Assembly: GCA_951406725.2 (NCBI GenBank)
Contig: OX597815.1
Location: forward strand, 53,940,001-54,004,000
Reading direction: 5' to 3'
Length of the DNA stretch: 64,000 bases
Source: Octopus vulgaris
Lineage: Eukaryota
This document shows positions 57,628-64,000 of the stretch, piece after piece. How positions within the stretch are numbered: the first letter of the stretch is position 1; each line of letters opens with the position of its first letter. The notes below the pieces were generated by a model. It worked only from the letters and a program-made list of their open reading frames with translations. It searched no databases and was not told the DNA's origin. A program made the translations under genes and the position numbers.

Positions 57628-59912
57628 GGTGCAAGCTTGGCTGTGTGGTAAGAACCTTGCTTTCGGTTGAACAGTGAGGACGTGAGCTTTGAGATCCGTC
57701 CTAAAAAGAAAAAAACACAAAAACAGAGAAGGTTGTCGAGGTAGGTGATTTTGTTTGTTGTGAGCTGGGCATAATTTATTGCGCGTGAATTATTTTTTCA
57801 GTAAATTGTGCTCAGCTCTGGAACAATTTCGCCTGCTCTCGGCGGCTGCTGTTTTTGCATATCGAGAATTTATTGAATTAATTTTTGGTGGGGCGTATCC
57901 TCGTCCGAACAGAACCTGTTGCTGTTGCAGGTACCGTTGGCTGTAGCCAGCACTGTGTTTGAATTGTTGGATTAATTTACAAAAAGATTTATGCCTAGGA
58001 CCCTATCCACATTAGGCCGGGATTACCTGTTGGCCAGGAGATTGGATTTTCGCCGTGTGAACTGTTTTTATTTTTTCCGTTTATCCTTCCTGATTTTGTC
58101 TTTCGTTTTGAACTATTAATTAATTTTTGGACTTACTTTGTTTTATTTATTTATTTTTTTGTGTACCTTTTTTACATTCTCTTTGAACTTTGAACTTTTT
58201 TTTGGAACTTTTAAGACTTTCTTTTTGGCACATGGCAAAAACAAACGGTGCCGCTGTTTTGGAGTGGAAGGTGGTCTCACCCAAACAGTGGATTAAAGAT
58301 CTTGAGAAGAGGACGGTGGTACTACGGACCTATTCTAGGTCATGTGATGCCCAAATTTGCAACGGTCTGGTTGCTGTTTGGTACCCCCGAGGAAGCTGGC
58401 AGATATGCCAGCGAGCCCCTTGAGGGAGAAGAAATTTTGTTCCTCCCCACTTATTGTGGGAGGAAGATAAGAAGAGCCTCGGTGTGCGGGCTGCCCACGG
58501 GCACGGATGCGGGATGGATCGAGAAGACCATCCGGCGAGGCCTGGGGGATAGCGGGCCCAGGCTATTGAGTGTGAAGATTTCTCTCGCGGTCGACTGGGA
58601 GGGGTCAAAGGCAACTTTAACCTCGTGGACCCCGTGGACCCGGTGGCCGTAGGAGACATGATGTTTCCGGACTTCCTAAAAATGGCCGGGGACAGGTATC
58701 CAGTGATACTTGAGGGACGCCCCCCCCACAAGTGTCACCTGTGCCTGGAGCCTGGCCATATAAAAAGGAACTACCAGGGGGCCGTGGTGGGGTCCTGGAG
58801 CATGAGAAAGAGAAGGTACCCGCCGCCCCCTCATTGGAGGGGAGACGGTGGAAGTCGTGGAGGAAGTTGCCTCCACGAAAAGAAAAAGAAAGGTGAGCAA
58901 CAATGGTTGCTCACCAAAGAATGTTTAAGCGGCGGAGGAGGGTAGCGACCCCCGCGTCTGTCGACGCAGCTCCCTGCTCCCGCAGCCTCAAAAAGAAAGA
59001 GGAAAAGCGGAGCAGAGGACGGTCGGCGGATGTTCCTGGCCACCGACGGAGCCGCAGGTGGGATGTGTGCCACCTGCAGATAGGGCTCCGTCAGTGGGAA
59101 GTGTGCCACTGACGGAGCAGTGTGTGGTCCCTTCCTGTGAAGAGGAGGTGTTTGTCCTCCTTTACCACGAGGGAGGGACGGTGAGTAAATTTTTGGACGG
59201 CTTGGGTGACCGAAAACGTGTGTATTCGGTCCGCTCGAGTAGTCCGATATGGCCTCTGCAGGTGGCTGCGGAGGTAGTAACTGAAAAAATTTTGTCAAAG
59301 GTCACAGCGACCTTTGACAAGGAAGAATTTGCTTTCCTCTTTGCAGGCCCCGATTTGTCGATGCAGAGTTGGGGGACCTGACAAAGAGAATTGTTGTAAG
59401 AAACTTTGTATTCGAGGGTTTGTCGGTCGGTGGGCGCCGACATCCCTCTCATCCGTATCATTTTGTTTCATTTCATCTCATCTTGTTCATGTCAAGCCCA
59501 CAAGCTTCTCTTTGTAAGGCCTATATGGCCAATTTAATGAAATAAAGAAGCTTGCTTCCCAGCCACATGGTTCCGCGTTCAGTTCCAAGGTGTGGCACTA
59601 TTGGCAAGTGCCTTCTACTACAGCCGCGGGCCGTGCAAAGCCTTGTGAGTGGATTTGGTAGATGGAAACTGAAAGAAACCCATCGTGTATAAATGTATAT
59701 ATCTATATGTGTTTGCGTATGTGTTTGTCCGCCACCATCGCTTGACAACCATTGTTGCTGTATTTACGTCTCTCTAACTTAGTGGTTCGGCAAAAGAGAT
59801 CGATATAATATGTACCAGGCTTACAAAAATAGTCCAGGTGTCGATTTGTTCGACTAGAGACGTTGCTCCAGCATGGCCACTGTCAAAATGACTGAAACAA
59901 GTAAAAGAAAAG
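57628..59912 (+). mobile_element. SINE family A copy split by a 1.9-kb insertion (head 57628-57662, body 59545-59912)
   Basis: ggtgcaagcttggctgtgtggtaagaaccttgctt ... aagaagcttgcttcccagccacatggttcc...ccttgtgagtggatttggtaga...tgactgaaacaagtaaaag. Confidence 0.88.
57663..59544 (+). mobile_element. Non-autonomous, ORF1-only L1/Tx1-like non-LTR retroelement
   Basis: 13-bp TSD aagaa(c/g)cttgctt; frameshifted ORF 58232-59381 with EGRPPHKCHLCLEPGHIKRN zinc knuckle; ends in aataaa; no EN or RT motifs found. Confidence 0.75.
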
Positions 59913-60081
59913 AATGTATGACGAAAGGACTCTGGCCGAAATAAGATTAAGATTTATGTAGAAAATAAATAACGCTGGAGCAAAGTAACACCAAATATAT
60001 AGTGCGTGTATTTTTATTGGCTAAACTGGCAATATATATATATATATATACGCGAGAATGAAGCAACAAGAATGGATAGGT

Positions 60082-60172
60082 TTTTAGTACAATCGTTTCA
60101 TACAAGGACAGGTTTTATTAAAAGTTGCAAAAATTACAGCATATAAACGTGTCCCGTACTCATCAGCTAAAA
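60082..60172 (-). ncRNA. Type I hammerhead ribozyme (mirror copy in left arm)
   Basis: Exact reverse complement of 60731-60821. Confidence 0.82.
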
Positions 60173-60730
60173 TACATGTGAGTTCTCTAGACATCCTAGT
60201 GGTTGAGGCTATACTCATGAAGTAATGTAGATAATTAAGTAACATAAACAGATTTCAAAAGTTCATTAAAGTTCTTTAAAGATGATGTACAGTCTTATCA
60301 CAGAATTTTAAAAAGTCTTAATAGCATCACAGAGAAGGTGACCTAATCCATAGTGCACATATGAATTTCCAGAGATATGATGAGGGATTACATACTCACA
60401 GAAGACAAATTTATCCATTGTTAATTACAACGAGGTGGGTTTCAATTCAAGCAGGAATTGAAACCCACCTCGTTGTAATTAACAATGGATAAATTTGTCT
60501 TCTGTGAGTATGTAATCCCTCATCATATCTCTGGAAATTCATATGTGCACTATGGATTAGGTCACCTTCTCTGTGATGCTATTAAGACTTTTTAAAATTC
60601 TGTGATAAGACTGTACATCATCTTTAAAGAACTTTAATGAACTTTTGAAATCTGTTTATGTTACTTAATTATCTACATTACTTCATGAGTATAGCCTCAA
60701 CCACTAGGATGTCTAGAGAACTCACCTGTA

Positions 60731-60821
60731 TTTTAGCTGATGAGTACGGGACACGTTTATATGCTGTAATTTTTGCAACTTTTAATAAAACCTGTCCTTG
60801 TATGAAACGATTGTACTAAAA
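60731..60821 (+). ncRNA. Type I hammerhead ribozyme
   Basis: Stem I UUUUAG/CUAAAA; CUGAUGA; long stem II GUAC-GGGACA...UGUCCU-U-GUAU; GAAA; stem III ACGAUUGU; GUA site. Confidence 0.82.
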
Positions 60822-60963
60822 ACCTATCCATTCTTGTTGCTTCATTCTCGCTTATAATCACCCCACATTACTGTATTGTTAAATCAGTATAGTTTTTTTT
60901 GGTGCATCTAAGTTAGGTACCATATTCAAGTAAATTCATTTAACTTAACTTGAATCTTTATTG

Positions 60964-61021
<58 letters not shown>

Positions 61022-61025
<4 letters not shown>

Positions 61026-61509
61026 ATAGAAATATTAAAATTACTAAGTCTCTCTAAAGGAGATTACGGCAGCGTTACTGGATATTAATAGTTATCGCCA
61101 TACTAATATGGCAGTCTAGATATAAGATTAAAGCTGTCGCTGATTAGCTCCGAGAGGCCATCGCCTCTAGCTAGCTATATGACACACGAACCTGCGTCCA
61201 TTACAACCTTCGAACAGGGGAGGTCAGCCGCTTCACCTTGCTAGTCAGACATCTGCAGACATGTTTCAGGGTTGTTGCCTTTTATCAATGCAGCGTAGTC
61301 AAACCCGCAGGTGTCGCTACTGACTGTCTGTTCGAAGATTTTATTTACCTAGTTACAGTGGAATACATCCACTTGTTTTCAATAATAGAAATATTAAAAT
61401 TACTAAGTCTCTCTAAAGGAGATTACGGCAGCGATGGCCTCTTGGAGCTAATCAGCGACAGCTTTAGACTTATATTTAGACTGCCATATTAGTATGGCGA
61501 TAACTATTA

Positions 61510-61512
<3 letters not shown>
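61022..61512 (-). mobile_element. Short PLE pLTR-like element with direct and inverted internal repeats, between (TA)n tracts
   Basis: Direct repeat ~61022-61074 / 61381-61433; inverted repeat ~61083-61164 / 61431-61512; internal hammerhead. Confidence 0.8.
61253..61293 (-). ncRNA. Minimal type I hammerhead with U3-A8 core variant
   Basis: Minus strand CUGCA-UUGAUAA-AAGG CAACAA CCCU-GAAA-CAUG-UC-UGCAG; palindromic stem III ACAUGU; GUC site. Confidence 0.7.
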
Positions 61513-61568
<56 letters not shown>

Positions 61569-61596
61569 CATATGTATATATATATATATGTATGTA

Positions 61597-61665
<69 letters not shown>

Positions 61666-61697
61666 TTTATTTTAAGCAGCAGAAAATTCAACAAAAT

Positions 61698-61735
61698 CTG
61701 TTACTCTGAGTTTCTCGTTGCCGTTCATCAGACAG
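61698..61735 (-). ncRNA. Minimal type I hammerhead at the 3' end of the terminal PLE
   Basis: Minus strand CUGU-CUGAUGA-ACG GCAA CGA-GAAA-CUC A GAG-UA-ACAG; the stem II closing pair is an A.A mismatch. Confidence 0.72.
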
Positions 61736-62800
61736 TTTTTGCTAGAATGGAACTGATATATCAATTCAATCTATACTCTTACAAACGCTACACCTTTAAA
61801 AAGAAATGGACTTGTTTGATTGGCCCTTTAGAAAAAACGGTCAATCTTCGAGCGATAAACAAAAAGGTCAAAAATATATGTATATATATATAAAAAACTT
61901 ATAAAAATTATAAAATCCGAGGAAAAAACCTACTGACGTTAATGAAGACAGTGCAAATTAATGCATAGAAATTAAACCTGTTATAAATACTGCAATACAT
62001 ATTTATATTAAAATCTACATATATATATCAACATACACAAAAGGATGCGCGTAAACGCCATACATACATATACAGACGTATGAATATAAATCTAAATATA
62101 CACATAAAAGCATGTGTACATATATTCACGCAAACCGTCTCGCACGCAAGCTAAAATTCATCTATGTAGCAATTCTCATATACTGAGCAAGGAGGGGGAA
62201 CGAAAGAAAGGGAGAGAGAAAAAAGGAACGAAGGAGGGGTGGGGAAAAAAACGAAATAAGAAAAAAATTATGTATACAAGCAGTGTAACGGTGTTATTGG
62301 CATCTATAGAGACCAGTATACATACACAAGTTTGAATGGATACATATACATACCGTCGTGTATATGTGTGCTTAAGCACAAACATACTTTCACTTACACA
62401 TACACAGATACGCATGCTTACAAATACATATGCTTTGCTATACACATACTTATATAAACATTCTAATTTTGACAACATTGCTTTTTTTAAAAAAACATTG
62501 CTTTTAAAAATGGGTGCATTAATAAAAATATATACGAAAGACATATAAAATAAAATATAACATCCTATTTTGGGTCATTTATAAATAATCAAGGTAATAT
62601 AAATAATCAAGGTAATCCTATGCAATACAATAACATGAAAACAAAGTTTGTAGGTTTTTCCTAATATATATGTAGAAACATAAGACTTTGCTATACGGAT
62701 TAAGATCCGCATAGCTTGGAAACAAAAACAAAATCAAAATCCATCGTAGCGCTCAAGAGTCAAAATCAAAATCAAAAATCAAAAATACAAAATATATACT

Positions 62801-64000
62801 CTATCCATATGGTATATTTATATTCGACATTTTAAATTTAGCCGCGTGCCTACATAAGTTCATTAGCTCACTTCTTTGATTCAAAGAATTATTGTCTTTG
62901 AATAAGATGTACATTTTTTCTAATAGACAAAGTCTGCACTTGAAATTATTTTTGTAAGCTCCATGCCTGTATGGTGCCGCCCTGTCCAGAATGCTCCATG
63001 TCACGTTGAAAGGTGGGGCCTCCTTTTCTTTTAGTTCCCAGACATATTTTGCTAGGCTGGTTTTCTTCCTATTCTCTGGGTATTTAAATGAATTTTTATG
63101 AGAATAAAATCTTGTTTTAAATGAATTTTCTGAAGCCCCTGTGTATGTCTTGTATTCCGATGAGCCTTCCACTTGCACCTTGGCTCTATAAACTACTCCT
63201 TTCCCTAGACATTTCCCTTCTAACGGACAGGAGCTTTCGTTTTTGAAATTACATTTCTTAATGGGCTCGGCACCATGTCTAATCTCAATTAGATTCCTAT
63301 TATGTTGGCTAATGTAAGAGGCGAAATTTCTGCAACAAGAATAGCTAACCTTCAGGGTTCTTCTATTAAATATTCTGTAGAATTTATGACCCTGCTTAAA
63401 ATGCTTAGAGACTAATCTCAAAAATTCCTTACCTATATTAGTCTTTACGGCCAAATTGAAAGCCGGGTTGAACCACAAAACTTTCCTGGTCCTAGTTCTT
63501 CGTGCAGCATTATTATCAGCATTAAGCTGGTTGAACTGGATCTTCTCAGAGAATCCACTATTCTTTAATGCGCTATCGTAATAAGGTGCAGCATTATGGA
63601 ATGCTGCCTCGTCAGAAGAAATTGAAGATATTATTCTACCTACATTGCTGACTAAGTTCCTAAGGATAACTGGTGGATGGTTCGAATCTTTGCTAATATA
63701 CGATAGCTTTTCATTGGGCTTACGGAAAGGTTTAAATCTATCCGATCTTACATTAAAATTTACGTCTAAAAAATCTACACTATTCAGGTTAGCATCTATC
63801 GTAACCCGTAAGCCCATCCTTTGAAAGAAAGCTATAAGGTCCTTCCTAAGTCTATCTGATTCATGGCCGTTTAGATTATGCGTGGCTATAAGGCCGTCAT
63901 CCCTATATAAACCTGCATCTATAAATGGGAATTCTATTTTTAGATTATGGAGAATAAAGGCTCCTATGAGCATACATAATTCAGCCCCGTCGTGTGCCCC
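62801..64000 (-). CDS. Penelope-like element RT + C-terminal GIY-YIG endonuclease (Hydra-clade-like), open to the window edge
   Basis: 400 uninterrupted codons: GAHDGAELCMLIG, GLYRDDGL, VDFLDV, WFNPAF, KVSYSC, CNFKNESSCPLEGKCL, VVYRA..YTG..FKTRFYSH, CRLCLLEK, LNQRSEL..CRH. Confidence 0.93.
   Translation of the reverse strand, partial: GAHDGAELCMLIGAFILHNLKIEFPFIDAGLYRDDGLIATHNLNGHESDRLRKDLIAFFQRMGLRVTIDANLNSVDFLDVNFNVRSDRFKPFRKPNEKLSYISKDSNHPPVILRNLVSNVGRIISSISSDEAAFHNAAPYYDSALKNSGFSEKIQFNQLNADNNAARRTRTRKVLWFNPAFNLAVKTNIGKEFLRLVSKHFKQGHKFYRIFNRRTLKVSYSCCRNFASYISQHNRNLIEIRHGAEPIKKCNFKNESSCPLEGKCLGKGVVYRAKVQVEGSSEYKTYTGASENSFKTRFYSHKNSFKYPENRKKTSLAKYVWELKEKEAPPFNVTWSILDRAAPYRHGAYKNNFKCRLCLLEKMYILFKDNNSLNQRSELMNLCRHAAKFKMSNINIPYG

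Larger units (their letters stand above)
60052..60851. repeat. 800-bp near-perfect palindrome (397-bp arms, 6-nt spacer)
   Basis: Arms 60052-60448 and 60455-60851, spacer aagcag; no indels and one mismatch seen (60177). Confidence 0.97.

Noticed and set aside
57990-58060. HDV-like or twister ribozyme in the duplicated 100-bp motif
   Set aside because: Only one hairpin is evident; I could not build the P1/P2/P4 pseudoknots or the conserved twister loop.
62690-62715. Hairpin downstream of the PLE ORF as a SECIS element or terminator
   Set aside because: No in-frame UGA in the visible ORF and no SECIS core; eukaryotic context.

Overview
AT-rich, microsatellite-dense eukaryotic (animal) intergenic or intronic DNA. 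The tRNA-derived SINE families and repeat landscape look like an octopus-type cephalopod genome (inference). I cannot support any host protein-coding gene, and most listed ORFs are translations of (TA)n/(TG)n/(TATG)n repeats. The window is a transposon graveyard: an internally deleted Ty3/Gypsy element with a 187-bp 3' LTR, Tc1 and mariner remnants (one full-length DD34D mariner with TIRs), a non-autonomous Helitron, R4/Dong-like and RTE LINE fragments, several SINE families and several Penelope-like elements (PLEs), including an intact RT + GIY-YIG ORF that runs off the window end. The most notable structure is non-coding. Six complete type I hammerhead ribozyme folds with palindromic stem III, plus degenerate and variant ones, sit in short elements next to (TA)n tracts, most of them fold-backs. 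One is a near-perfect 800-bp palindrome carrying mirror-image hammerheads. There is also an ORF1-only (RT-less) non-LTR element inserted, with a 13-bp target-site duplication, between the A and B boxes of a SINE.
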